This document shows positions 1-10,000 of a DNA stretch of 64,000 nt, one piece after another. Each line of letters begins with the position of its first letter. Position 1 is the stretch's first letter. Both the position numbers and the translations under genes were made by a program. The notes below the pieces were generated by a model. That model had not been told where the DNA came from and ran no database searches. It saw only the letters and a program-made list of their open reading frames with translations. Source of the stretch: Flavobacteriales bacterium (GTDB lineage Bacteria; Bacteroidota; Bacteroidia; Flavobacteriales_D; Sanyastnellaceae); NCBI GenBank assembly GCA_947466425.1, contig CANIBZ010000008.1:6406-70405 (forward strand). Reading direction: 5' to 3'.

Positions 1-3000
1 ATTCCAATTGTAACTCAATGCCAACAGCGAATTGTTTTCGAACGTCACGTTCAACGGTGAACAACCAGAATACTGCTGTGTGGAAAGATTCGCTATCGCC
101 TGCGGATTTACTGTTACTTGGAATGAAATACTATCTGCGCATCCGAAACTGTTTTCAGAATAGCATGTTACCGTGAATTGCTGCGGTGAAAGCGTGTTAT
201 TCACATATGTGTGCATTGGAGAAGTGTTAATGGAAGTAGTTCCATCGCCGAAATTCCAAACATAAGTAGATCCACCAGGCATGTAAGGAGTTTGAAGGGT
301 GAAAGGTGAACATCCTACAACCACAGGCATTGACCATTGCAAATCGAGAGAAGGACTCACTTGAACTGCAACGCTTGCGCTGTCTGAACATCCTTGTGCC
401 GAAGTCACTGTTAACTCTGTTTCAAAGGTATTCAGTACACCGTTAATGTTGTAGAACGTATGAGAAACGTCGGCGGTATTTGCAAAGATTCCATCTCCGA
501 AATTCCATTCGAATTGATTTCCATTCAACGATGTGTTTTGAAAATTCACTTCAAGTGGTCCGCAACCTGCAATATCTGAATAAGTAAATGCTGCATTTAC
601 TTCCGGATAAACATGAACGAAATAGGTCTCGGCATCGGTGCAACCGTAGATGGAAGTTCCTACCAAATGAACTGTGTAATTCGCAGTAGTTCCTGAAAGA
701 TTTTGATATGTGTATGAAGGAGTTGCGGCGGTTGACACATCGCCGTTCCCGAAGCTCCACGCGTAATTTGAAACACCCGGAAATAACGGCGCTTCAAACG
801 TGAAAGGCGAACAGCCTGAAACCGTTGGATTGAACAACGGGAAAATCAATGGCGGATAAATAAGCACATCGTTGCTCACCGTATCCGCACATCCGCCAAT
901 GGAAGATGCAATCAAACTAACATTCCATGTATTGGGAACGCCGGTGGCGTTGGTATACAAATGCGATCCATTCAACCCCGTTGAACTACTACCATCGCCA
1001 TAATTCCAAACATACGTCGTCGCATTTGTAGAAGTATTCGCAAACCCAATCGTTATCGGCGCACAACCATCATCATCGGTTTGCGAAAATGATGCATGCG
1101 GTTGCGGATAAATCGTTACCGGAAACGAGGTGCTGTCGAAGCAACCGAATGCCGATTCACCCACCAACGAAACCGTAAAATTCTGAATCGCATTCGTTAG
1201 ATTATTGTACGTGTGAACCGGTGAAATAAGCGATGAAGTAAATCCATCACCGAAGTTCCAGTCAAACCCTTGAACACCTCCAATGGCCGGCATCTGCGCG
1301 CTAAACGGAGAACACCCAGCCAACGAAGTAAATGGAAGTTGAATATCCAAAATTGGATATATAGGAAGCGCCAATGTCGCTGTATCCAAACATCCTCCAC
1401 TCGAATAAGCCACCAACGTCACATCGTACCACCACAAGAATCCACTGTTGTTGTTGTACCCATGACTCGGATCTTCAACACTCGACGTTGCGCCATCTCC
1501 AAAATTCCATGCATAAGAAGAGGCACCTAACGACAAATTGTTAAACGCAACAGGAGCAGTTGAACAACCCAATTCATTGTTTGCAATTTCGAAATTCGCA
1601 ACAGCACCACCCAATACAGTGACCACACTACTCTGAGTATTCGTGCACCCAAATTGATTTGTTGCGGTAAGCACAACGTTGTAGGGCAAATTGTAAATCG
1701 TGTTGTTTCCAAACACGTGTGTCTCATTTGTATTTGTTGAAAGAGGACCGTCATTAAAATTCCAAGAAAAAGAAGTGGCACCTTGGGAAGTATTGGTAAA
1801 CGCGACTTCCAGCGGTTGGCAACCGGAAACAATATCTTGGGTGAACGATGCAGTTGGATTCGGATGAACTGTAATATTTCCTTGATTGCTAGCAGAACAA
1901 TAAGGTGTGCTAATGTTTAATGTTATCGGAAAAGTTCCTTCAGCATTGTAAACATGCGTTGGAGTTAATTGATTTGAAGTTCCTCCATCGCCAAACGTCC
2001 ATTGTGCGCTCGTTATCGGATTTCCCGGAGCAGTTACCGAAGTATTGGTAAAGATGGCATTTGCACCCACACACGGACTCGTAACTGTGAATGCAGGAAC
2101 GGGTGTTGCGTAAACGTGCAAGACCTCTGTATCTGTCTTCGTACATCCGTTTGCGCTGGTCGCCAAAACAGAAATGTTGTAATTGCCTGGAGCAGTAATG
2201 GTCAACGTATCAGGCGTCTGACCCGTGTATGTTCCAAATGAGCCTAAATTCCAATTGAATAAAATTCCTGAATTCGATACTACGTTGAGCGCAGTAGTTA
2301 ACGAATCACATGCTTGGGATGGAGAAGCCGTAATACTCGCAGTCGGACTCGGTAGCACCGTCACTACAACAGTTGCGGTATCTGCACAAGCACTGCCCCA
2401 TCCGTTGTTGTAAACTCGATTACTAATAGTAAAAGTCCCTGCAGTATTGAACGTGAAGTTCACATTTCCACTTCCTAAATTCTGCCAGTTGTTATTGTTA
2501 CCGAAGTTCCATTGGTAAGACTGATTGTTTCCTGAAGAACCTTGGTAGAATGTTACTTGTCCGCCCGAACAAATCGTATCCGTTGAAGCCGAAATACTCG
2601 CCACTGGAGGCGCTACAACGTGAACGGTTATCGACTGTTGAACAACGCCACAATAACTGCTATCCGATAATGTTACAGTGTAATCTCCTATCCCCGGAAA
2701 CGAAATCGTTTGCGGAAGGCTTGGTGGCCAAGGCATCCAGGCCGTTACCGAATCAACTCCTTGCCCCCAATAGTTACCAAAATTCCAACGCTCTTGTCGT
2801 TGAAAGGTATTTCCTTGATTCAAACAATTGCGAATGGTCGTGTTGTTAAACGTGAACGAGGTGGAAGGAAAACATTGCGTAATGGCAGAAGCACCAATTT
2901 GCGCCTGATCAAGCGTCCATACATTCACAGGATTGAAAGTGGCGACCGAGGGATTTCCTTGAAGAATATTACAATAGTTGGACGCCGTTAAAGAGACCGT

Positions 3001-3555
3001 AGTTTCACAATTGATTGCGCTTGAACTGTTGTACAAATGACTTACTACTTCGTTCCAGTTGGAAGCACCAAATGCTATGAGCGGAGATCCATCACCGAAG
3101 TTCCAAGTGAACTGCGTTGTTTCAGAAACATTCGTTGAAGAGTTTACAAATTCTACAGAGGCCGGAGCACACACTTGTGTGGTTGCGTTTCCAGGAACTT
3201 GAATAGATGCATTGGTTGGCTGTTCCATAACTACCACACCGGTAACGGAACAACCCGTTCCTCCTTCAACAATACTCACAACAAAGGTATCTACAGCAGC
3301 AGCATAAGTATGTTGAAGAACAGTTGGACTTGACCAGGTTAGACCCGTGTTTGCTGCGGAACCATCGCCCCAATCAACGGTGTAATTGTCCCACGTTCCG
3401 GATGGTTGTAGGTTGAGTGAAAAATTCCCACCCGAGCAACCAAACCAATAAGGTGTAGTTACAACGTTCCCGTCATAATCAAAGACACTCGGACATTGCG
3501 CACTTACGGCATATAACGAAGAAAGAAATAGTATAACGAGTAACGCTCTTCTCAT
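1..3555 (-). CDS. PKD-domain repeat secreted/cell-surface protein, N-terminal 1185 codons (C-terminus lies beyond nt 1)
   Basis: Absent from the ORF track because it has no in-window stop. The minus frame is open from ATG (3555-3553) at every point I checked. The three segments I hand-translated (nt 1-60, ~1441-1530, ~1981-2040) are stop-free, and none of the listed minus-strand ORFs in this region lies in this frame. Hand translation starts MRRALLVILFLSSLYAVSAQCPSVFDYDG (signal peptide). The PKD signature then recurs about every 250 nt: FTWNFGDGSP (~3090), QWTFGDGG (~1985), YAWNFGDGATSSVEDPSHGYNN (~1490), LSYNWN (nt 1-20). Confidence 0.85.
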   Translation of the reverse strand, partial: MRRALLVILFLSSLYAVSAQCPSVFDYDGNVVTTPYWFGCSGGNFSLNLQPSGTWDNYTVDWGDGSAANTGLTWSSPTVLQHTYAAAVDTFVVSIVEGGTGCSVTGVVVMEQPTNASIQVPGNATTQVCAPASVEFVNSSTNVSETTQFTWNFGDGSPLIAFGASNWNEVVSHLYNSSSAINCETTVSLTASNYCNILQGNPSVATFNPVNVWTLDQAQIGASAITQCFPSTSFTFNNTTIRNCLNQGNTFQRQERWNFGNYWGQGVDSVTAWMPWPPSLPQTISFPGIGDYTVTLSDSSYCGVVQQSITVHVVAPPVASISASTDTICSGGQVTFYQGSSGNNQSYQWNFGNNNNWQNLGSGNVNFTFNTAGTFTISNRVYNNGWGSACADTATVVVTVLPSPTASITASPSQACDSLTTALNVVSNSGILFNWNLGSFGTYTGQTPDTLTITAPGNYNISVLATSANGCTKTDTEVLHVYATPVPAFTVTSPCVGANAIFTNTSVTAPGNPITSAQWTFGDGGTSNQLTPTHVYNAEGTFPITLNISTPYCSASNQGNITVHPNPTASFTQDIVSGCQPLEVAFTNTSQGATSFSWNFNDGPLSTNTNETHVFGNNTIYNLPYNVVLTATNQFGCTNTQSSVVTVLGGAVANFEIANNELGCSTAPVAFNNLSLGASSYAWNFGDGATSSVEDPSHGYNNNSGFLWWYDVTLVAYSSGGCLDTATLALPIYPILDIQLPFTSLAGCSPFSAQMPAIGGVQGFDWNFGDGFTSSLISPVHTYNNLTNAIQNFTVSLVGESAFGCFDSTSFPVTIYPQPHASFSQTDDDGCAPITIGFANTSTNATTYVWNYGDGSSSTGLNGSHLYTNATGVPNTWNVSLIASSIGGCADTVSNDVLIYPPLIFPLFNPTVSGCSPFTFEAPLFPGVSNYAWSFGNGDVSTAATPSYTYQNLSGTTANYTVHLVGTSIYGCTDAETYFVHVYPEVNAAFTYSDIAGCGPLEVNFQNTSLNGNQFEWNFGDGIFANTADVSHTFYNINGVLNTFETELTVTSAQGCSDSASVAVQVSPSLDLQWSMPVVVGCSPFTLQTPYMPGGSTYVWNFGDGTTSINTSPMHTYVNNTLSPQQFTVTCYSENSFGCADSISFQVTVNPQAIANLSTQQYSGCSPLNVTFENNSLLALSYNWN

Positions 3556-3648
3556 GTGTGTATCCTACGAACTGAATTAAAAAAGGTTCACACAAAGAGA
3601 GAAGTTTTTTCAACAAGAAATCGACCGCTCTTTCGAAGTTTTCGACAA

Positions 3649-4137
3649 CTAACCTTCGGTAAGTTTAAGACTCTGTGCCATCTCAGCCACAGCGGGACAA
3701 ATAAGCGTGTTCCTAAATGTTAAACTCATGATTTGATTCATGTTTTTCCGATCGGTATGCGGGTATTCACGGCAAGCCTTCGGCCTAACTTCATAGATGT
3801 TGCAACTGTTGTCTTCCAAATTCAAGAACGAACATGGACTTGAATTCAGCACCCAATCACTCATTTCATCCATATGCAAATACTTATCTGTAAAATCTGC
3901 AACGCGCATTCCCAAGTGCTTTGCAATGCGTTCAATATCCACATCGCGAAAAATTGGACTCGTGGTTCTGCAACAATTTCCGCAGGTTAAGCAATCAGTC
4001 TTTGCAAAAACCTGCTTGTGCAATGCATGAAAAACATCATCGATCTTTTTCTTTTTGGCTAATCGATTGAAGAGTTTCTTATTCTCTTTCACATTTCTTC
4101 GCGCTTCCTCTAAAAATCGTATTTGCTTGTCATTCAT
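3649..4137 (-). CDS. YkgJ-family cysteine-cluster (CxxCxxCC) zinc/iron-binding protein
   Basis: 162 aa. It has the CLTCGNCC motif plus downstream Cys residues (SPCSF, NSCNIY, KACREYPH) typical of the YkgJ/UPF0153 family. It overlaps the upstream peroxidase gene by 8 nt. Confidence 0.7.
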   Translation of the reverse strand: MNDKQIRFLEEARRNVKENKKLFNRLAKKKKIDDVFHALHKQVFAKTDCLTCGNCCRTTSPIFRDVDIERIAKHLGMRVADFTDKYLHMDEMSDWVLNSSPCSFLNLEDNSCNIYEVRPKACREYPHTDRKNMNQIMSLTFRNTLICPAVAEMAQSLKLTEG

Positions 4138-5218
4138 GTGGGTCAGAAAATGCAGGGTTTTGTAAAAAAGAGGTGTCGGTTAAACATTTCAAAAACGAAA
4201 TCAAATCCGACTTCGATTGTGCGCTCAATTGCAATCCGCCTACTGTAAATTTCATAAACGGATCTATCGTTGCACTCGGTGTTCCACCGCTGTTGTAGTG
4301 CTCTATCACTTGCTCCAACGTTGTGAATCTTCCGTCATGCATGTACGGTCCAGACAATTCTACATTTCGCAAGGTAGGTGTTTTGAATTTTCCATTGTCG
4401 TAAATACTCCCTGTTATTCCTCCGCGACCTAAATCGCTGAACGTTGCATCTAGCCCGTTGTTGTGAAACAAATAATCGCTCATTTGCATGCTTCCGAATC
4501 CGTGACAATGGAAACAATCCGCACCGAAACTTCCACCAGGAACCTGATCCGGACTTCCTCCTTCCGACAAAAACAAATTGAATCCATGAAACTCTTCCGG
4601 GGTAAACTGGTACTGCCCTATTCGCTGTTTATCGAATTTCGAATTTGATGAAATCATGGTTCTTAAAAATGAAGCAATGGCCTTCACAATTTTTTCTTTC
4701 GTTACTTCCGTTGATCCATAGGCTTTGTAGAATAACGCGTCATACATAGCGTCGGCATCTATTTGCTCAACGGCATGATTCCAATCCTCATTCATTTCAA
4801 TGGGGTTCTCAACCGGACCAACAATTTGATCTTCCAACGAAGGTGCCCTTCCGTCCCAAAAAAATGTCGTTGACCAACCCATGTTTACGAGTGGCATGGC
4901 TTGACGTGTGCCCACTTCGCCATTTATTCCAATTGAATACTGACGTGGGTCTGAAAAACCGTGCTCAGGTAAATGACACGTTCCACATGACATGGCGTCG
5001 TTTCCACTTAATTTTTTTTCCCAAAATAAATAACGTCCCAAATTCACACCTTCCACCGTTAAAGGATTATCACTGGGAATATCCATTGGAGGAAAAAACG
5101 GAGGAATAACGAGATCGTATGGAGTGGCCATGGGACCTTCAGGCGCCTCATGCTTGCAGGTCCACAAGAGACTTGCTAAAGCAATAAGAAAAAAGAATGT
5201 AAACCTCCTAGGCGTCAT
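4130..5218 (-). CDS. di-haem cytochrome c peroxidase family lipoprotein (CCP/MauG/MbnH-like)
   Basis: 362 aa. Two CxxCH haem motifs (CGTCH, CFHCH), the conserved FKTPTLRNV and GPYMHDG segments, and a lipobox (LLWTC). Confidence 0.85.
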   Translation of the reverse strand: MTPRRFTFFFLIALASLLWTCKHEAPEGPMATPYDLVIPPFFPPMDIPSDNPLTVEGVNLGRYLFWEKKLSGNDAMSCGTCHLPEHGFSDPRQYSIGINGEVGTRQAMPLVNMGWSTTFFWDGRAPSLEDQIVGPVENPIEMNEDWNHAVEQIDADAMYDALFYKAYGSTEVTKEKIVKAIASFLRTMISSNSKFDKQRIGQYQFTPEEFHGFNLFLSEGGSPDQVPGGSFGADCFHCHGFGSMQMSDYLFHNNGLDATFSDLGRGGITGSIYDNGKFKTPTLRNVELSGPYMHDGRFTTLEQVIEHYNSGGTPSATIDPFMKFTVGGLQLSAQSKSDLISFLKCLTDTSFLQNPAFSDPHE

Positions 5219-5263
5219 ACTTCAAAAATACGCGAGAAAGAACAAACAAATTTATTTCATTCG

Positions 5264-6271
5264 CTAATCTTCCTCAGCCGATAAAAATTTTTCATGCTGA
5301 ACAAAATTCCAATCGGTCAACGTCTTCAGAAAAGCAACCAACGCCGCCTCTTCCTCCTTCGAAAAATTAAGCGCTTTTACTCTTGAATCTTTCGTTGATC
5401 GCGTTCCACCCCCATTGTTGTAAAAGGAAACGACTTCTTCCAACGAACTCATGGAACCGTTGTGCATGTAAGGCGCTGTCAATTCTATATTGCGCAAAGT
5501 TGGAGTCTTGAACTTACCCCTATCCGCGGCCGAATAAGTTCTGCGCTCCAATCCAATGTCGGCATCTTCCAAACCCAAACTATAAAACTGGTAGTCTGTA
5601 AAAAACGGAAGCGCATGACAACTGCCGCATTGTGTGCGTTCAGAAAAAAATAATTCCATTCCTCGCTTTTCCAATTCGGAATAATCATTCGACTTCAAAA
5701 AATAATAACGATCGAATTTTGAATCACCACTGATTAAAGCTCGCTCAAAACAAGCCAAAGCGCGCGTAATCACAAACGCATCCAATTCTCTGCCATAGGC
5801 TGCCTGGCTTAATGCTGAATAATTTCCTCTTGACTTCAATCGGTCAATGACTCCTTCCATATTCAGCGCTAATTCATGCTTTTCATGTATGGGTCCGAGC
5901 GCTTGTAATTCCAATGTTGGCACTCCGCCTTCGCTCATGAAATAAGGAGACCACGCCAAGTTCCCAAGGGTGGGTGCGTTACGAGCGAATTCATTTTCAT
6001 GGAAGGAAGAAACCGCTCTTCCATCGGTAAAGGCCGCAGGAAGTCTGTGACAAGAGGCGCAAGACTGATCTTCGTTCTTCGACAATTGTTTTTCGTAAAA
6101 CAATTTTTTTCCCAATTCGAATCGAAATTGTGTGGGTTCATTTCCTTCTGGGAAATTTATGGGTGGAAAATAATGCGGTTGTTTGAATGAAATAGGTTTG
6201 TCCTGCAATCCTGGCTCGGCACATCCGAAAAGGATTCCAGCTACCAAAAAAAAGAAAACTAATATTCTCAT
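5264..6271 (-). CDS. di-haem cytochrome c peroxidase family lipoprotein (CCP/MauG/MbnH-like), second paralogue
   Basis: 335 aa. CASCH and CGSCH haem motifs, FKTPTLRNI and APYMHNG segments, and a lipobox (LFGC). It overlaps the upstream gene by 4 nt. Confidence 0.85.
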   Translation of the reverse strand: MRILVFFFLVAGILFGCAEPGLQDKPISFKQPHYFPPINFPEGNEPTQFRFELGKKLFYEKQLSKNEDQSCASCHRLPAAFTDGRAVSSFHENEFARNAPTLGNLAWSPYFMSEGGVPTLELQALGPIHEKHELALNMEGVIDRLKSRGNYSALSQAAYGRELDAFVITRALACFERALISGDSKFDRYYFLKSNDYSELEKRGMELFFSERTQCGSCHALPFFTDYQFYSLGLEDADIGLERRTYSAADRGKFKTPTLRNIELTAPYMHNGSMSSLEEVVSFYNNGGGTRSTKDSRVKALNFSKEEEAALVAFLKTLTDWNFVQHEKFLSAEED

Positions 6272-7026
6272 TGAAGATGAAACGCTGAAACAAAATTGTT
6301 CGTCACGCGCTCTGCCAAAGGAAAATTTGAAGTCGTGTGCGTAAGATTGTCAATAGACAAATCAATTGAATCAACGGGTCTATTGAACACACTGTCAATG
6401 GCAACTTCAATGTTAAACGTGCGTGAATCTCCTTCCGCCAAACTTACATTTCCAGTATTGAAATGCAAAACGCGGTACAACGGATCGTCGCCCAAATGGA
6501 ATGCGTACGAATCCATCAACGGCGCATTGGGCGAGCCCGTTAGCTCATACCTTCCTTCCACCTTCACAAAAATATAACCGGTGTTCCAGTACCAAAACAT
6601 GCCGTTGGAACCTTGAACACTCAGCGGATTGGAATTCGCGTATTGCGAAGGATCAACATTTTTATTCAGACTACCAGGCACTCCCACACCGAAAGAAAGT
6701 GAAGAAAATGTTTGCGGAGAAACATTCAACGAAAGCGTCTGTGGTTCAAGAAGAGTAAACAAAAAAGCTTGTTTCAATAAGGTAGAATCAGAACCGTTGT
6801 GGGTATAAATATTCGACAAGTAAAATTGAATGTTTTCAACTCGAAGCTGTTGCCCAAAGGCATTGGTATAAACCGAATCAATGGAAAGCGGCTGACCGTT
6901 GAAGGTTGGAATGAATTTCAAATGAACCTTAGTCTCCGGAGTTGCGGGATTGTCGTCACCGCAAGCCATGAAGAATACACTCAGTAGAACGACGAAGAAA
7001 TAATTATTCACAATTTTCATTTTCAT
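6268..7026 (-). CDS. MbnP-like lipoprotein (putative metal-binding partner of the adjacent di-haem peroxidases)
   Basis: 252 aa with a lipobox (FFMACGDD). The GMFWYWNTGYIFVKVEG segment resembles my recollection of the MbnP family core. It sits immediately upstream of, and overlaps, a di-haem peroxidase gene, as in mbnP-mbnH pairs. The family call is from memory and context only. Confidence 0.45.
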   Translation of the reverse strand: MKMKIVNNYFFVVLLSVFFMACGDDNPATPETKVHLKFIPTFNGQPLSIDSVYTNAFGQQLRVENIQFYLSNIYTHNGSDSTLLKQAFLFTLLEPQTLSLNVSPQTFSSLSFGVGVPGSLNKNVDPSQYANSNPLSVQGSNGMFWYWNTGYIFVKVEGRYELTGSPNAPLMDSYAFHLGDDPLYRVLHFNTGNVSLAEGDSRTFNIEVAIDSVFNRPVDSIDLSIDNLTHTTSNFPLAERVTNNFVSAFHLQ

Positions 7027-7096
7027 TGCTACATGGATTTACTTTCACTTCACGAATTAAAGATAACATTCAATTCGCATAATTGATTTTCAATTG

Positions 7097-10000
7097 ATGG
7101 AAAAAGAACCCTTTCTTGTTTTAAAAAGTTCTGCGGGCAGCGGTAAGACTTATGCCCTGGTTAGACACTTCCTTTTTTTAAGTTTAAAGAGCGAAGAAGC
7201 CTTTGCCTACAGCCATATTCTTGCAATAACGTTCACCAATGCCGCTGCTTCTGAAATGAAGGAGCGCGTAATGGAAAGACTGCATGAATTCACCTTTCCA
7301 AAAGCATTGGAAGGAAAGAATGAATTGTTCAACGACATTCGAAAAGAGCTCGATGTTTCTCCGATGATCTTGCAAGAGCGTGCGCGAAAAACTCTTTCGC
7401 ACATGCTTCACAATTATTCACGTTTGAGCATAAGCACCATCGATAGCTTTACGCACCGCATAGTACGTGCCTTCGCGAAGGATCTTCAAATACATCCCGA
7501 CTTCTCCATTGAAATGGATACAGAGAAATTTCTCGAGCAATGTGTCGATGCCTGTCTCGATGAAGTTGGTCAAGACACAGAGCTCACCACCTATTTAGAG
7601 AATTACGTCATGAGTAATTTCGAAGAGGAAGAAGATTGGAATGTTAAAAAAGGGATGCTCGGAATTTCTAGGCAGTTGGTGAAGGAAGATGCTCGAAGCA
7701 TTATTGGTTTATTCGAAAATTTGCACATTACCGAATACGAAACAATTAAAAAGGCATTTCAAAATAAACTTCAAGAACTCACGCAAGAACTTTTCGATCG
7801 GTTAGATACCGTTTTGAATTTAATTGAAGAAAAGAATCTCACGCCGCAAGATTTCTTTAACAGCGGAAGGGGAACCATTTCCTATTTGAGAAAAATTCGC
7901 TCTGGCGGATTTGAAAATCCCGGTAGTAATTTGTTCAAAGTACTTGAAAAAGGATGGGGCAAACCGAATCAAGCGGAAGTTGAAGCAATGAACGGACTGC
8001 TCAATGAAACAGCTGAATACGCGATTGAATGGGTATCCGGAGATAAAAAACATGAATTTAACCGCATCATTAAAATCTTACCTCGCATATTCACTATTGG
8101 TTTACTTAGCAAACTGAGCGAAGTAAGTCAACGAATTAAAACGGAAGAAAACCTTTTGCTCATTTCAGACTTCCATGCAATCGTTTCTGCCGTAGTTCAA
8201 GAAAGCACTGCTCCGTTTATTTATGAGCGCGCAGGTGAACGGTTCCACCACATTCTTATAGATGAGTTTCAAGACACTTCTGAAATGCAGTGGAAGAATT
8301 TCCTTCCTCTTTTCGAAAACGCCATTGCGCAGGGAAATTTCAATCTGGTAGTTGGAGATGGAAAGCAGAGTATTTATCGTTGGAGAAACGGAAATGTTGA
8401 GCAGTTCGTTCGACTTCCAAAATTGTATGACGGTGCTTCGGATACCATGCAACACTTGCTAAACGATGCCTACAAAGAAGAAGTACTAAATACAAACCGA
8501 AGAAGTGGCAAGGCCATCATTGAATTCAACAACACACTTTTCGGTGCGCTGAAAGAAAAGCTAGGTCCGCTGCAAGATGTGTACGATAAGCACGAACAAG
8601 AATGTAGCAAAGACCATCCGGGTTATGTTGAAGTTCAAACCACTGTAGTTGATCGAAAAGATTCAGGCGATCTACACATGCTGAATGGAATAGTAGATGC
8701 TATTCGTGAATGCAAAGCAGACGGATATGAGTGGGGCGATATTGCCATTCTTACTCGGAAAGGCAAATCGGAATCGACAAAAATTTCAGAATTCATTCTT
8801 CAACAAACCGAAAAAATTCCGTTGACCACTGAGGACAGTTTCTTGGTTCAAAATTCCAATGAAGTGCAGCTGCTTATGGCGTGCATCAACTACTTCGGAA
8901 AAGAGACCGAGAATTTTTATCGTTTCAATTTAATCCGAAGAATCTGCGATGTGTTTCCAGATAAATTCAACTACAGTGAAATTATTTCAACGTATGTTGA
9001 ACAGTTGGAAAAAGGAAAACTTCGATTCAAAGTAAATGAATTTCTCGACGAAAATTATCCGGGACTTCGAAACATTGTGAAGGACAACGCACATCCGTTT
9101 GAATGTATTCAAGAGTTGATTCGTTACTTCCAATTGCCATTCGATGTGTATTTAGAGTTCTTCGAAAATCAATTACTCCAACTTTCGCACAAGAACGGAA
9201 TGGGATTTTCAGAAATGACAGATTGGTGGAACGACAACAGAGGCAAGCTTTACATTCAAAGTGGTGCAAAGCAAAATGCAGTTCGTATTCTAACCATTCA
9301 CAAAAGCAAAGGATTGCAATTTCCAGTTGTTATCTTTCCAAAATTCGATACAAAACATCCGAATCAAACATTGTGGGTTCAGGCCCCAGATGTGCATCCA
9401 GGGTTCACTAAAGGGCTTATCAATTTCACGCCAACCAAATCGCCCAAGGAAGATGAGCCGGAAGAAATTCGAACAGAAAACAACAAGATTTTACTCGACG
9501 ATATGAACCTGCTCTATGTAGCACTCACACGTCCGGAGGACCGATTGTATTTTCTAACTGAAAGCAAACCATCCTCAACGAATAGCGCATTAAATACTTA
9601 TCTCTACGACTACTTCAACACCCATCACGCTGGACTGAATAAATTTCACTTCGGAGAAAAAGTGCTGCATGTGAAAGAGGAAAAAGAAGAAGAAAGAGCA
9701 GTTGCCCTTCTCGATGGAACTCGCTTAAACGCCGTGCAGCCTGACTTCCGTATGCGCGAAACCAAACGAAAAGATATGGATGGAAAAGAAGCCCTTGTTA
9801 TGGGAAATCACTTGCACGCTTGTCTTTCCACATTAAATCATTTCAACACATGGGAAGTATCACTTTCGAATTACATTTTTGAACACACCGAACTTCAGCA
9901 AAACGAAAAAGAACTTCTTTCGAATCAGGTGAAAGCTACGCTCATGAACGATTCCTTTCAGCAAATATTTAATACAACTGACGAAGTACTCACCGAGCAT

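Noticed and set aside
551-2991. Nine short track ORFs (60-101 aa) on both strands within the first 3 kb
   Set aside because: All lie in frames other than the open minus frame that encodes the PKD-repeat protein. Their translations are low-complexity, Cys/Arg-rich shadow ORFs.
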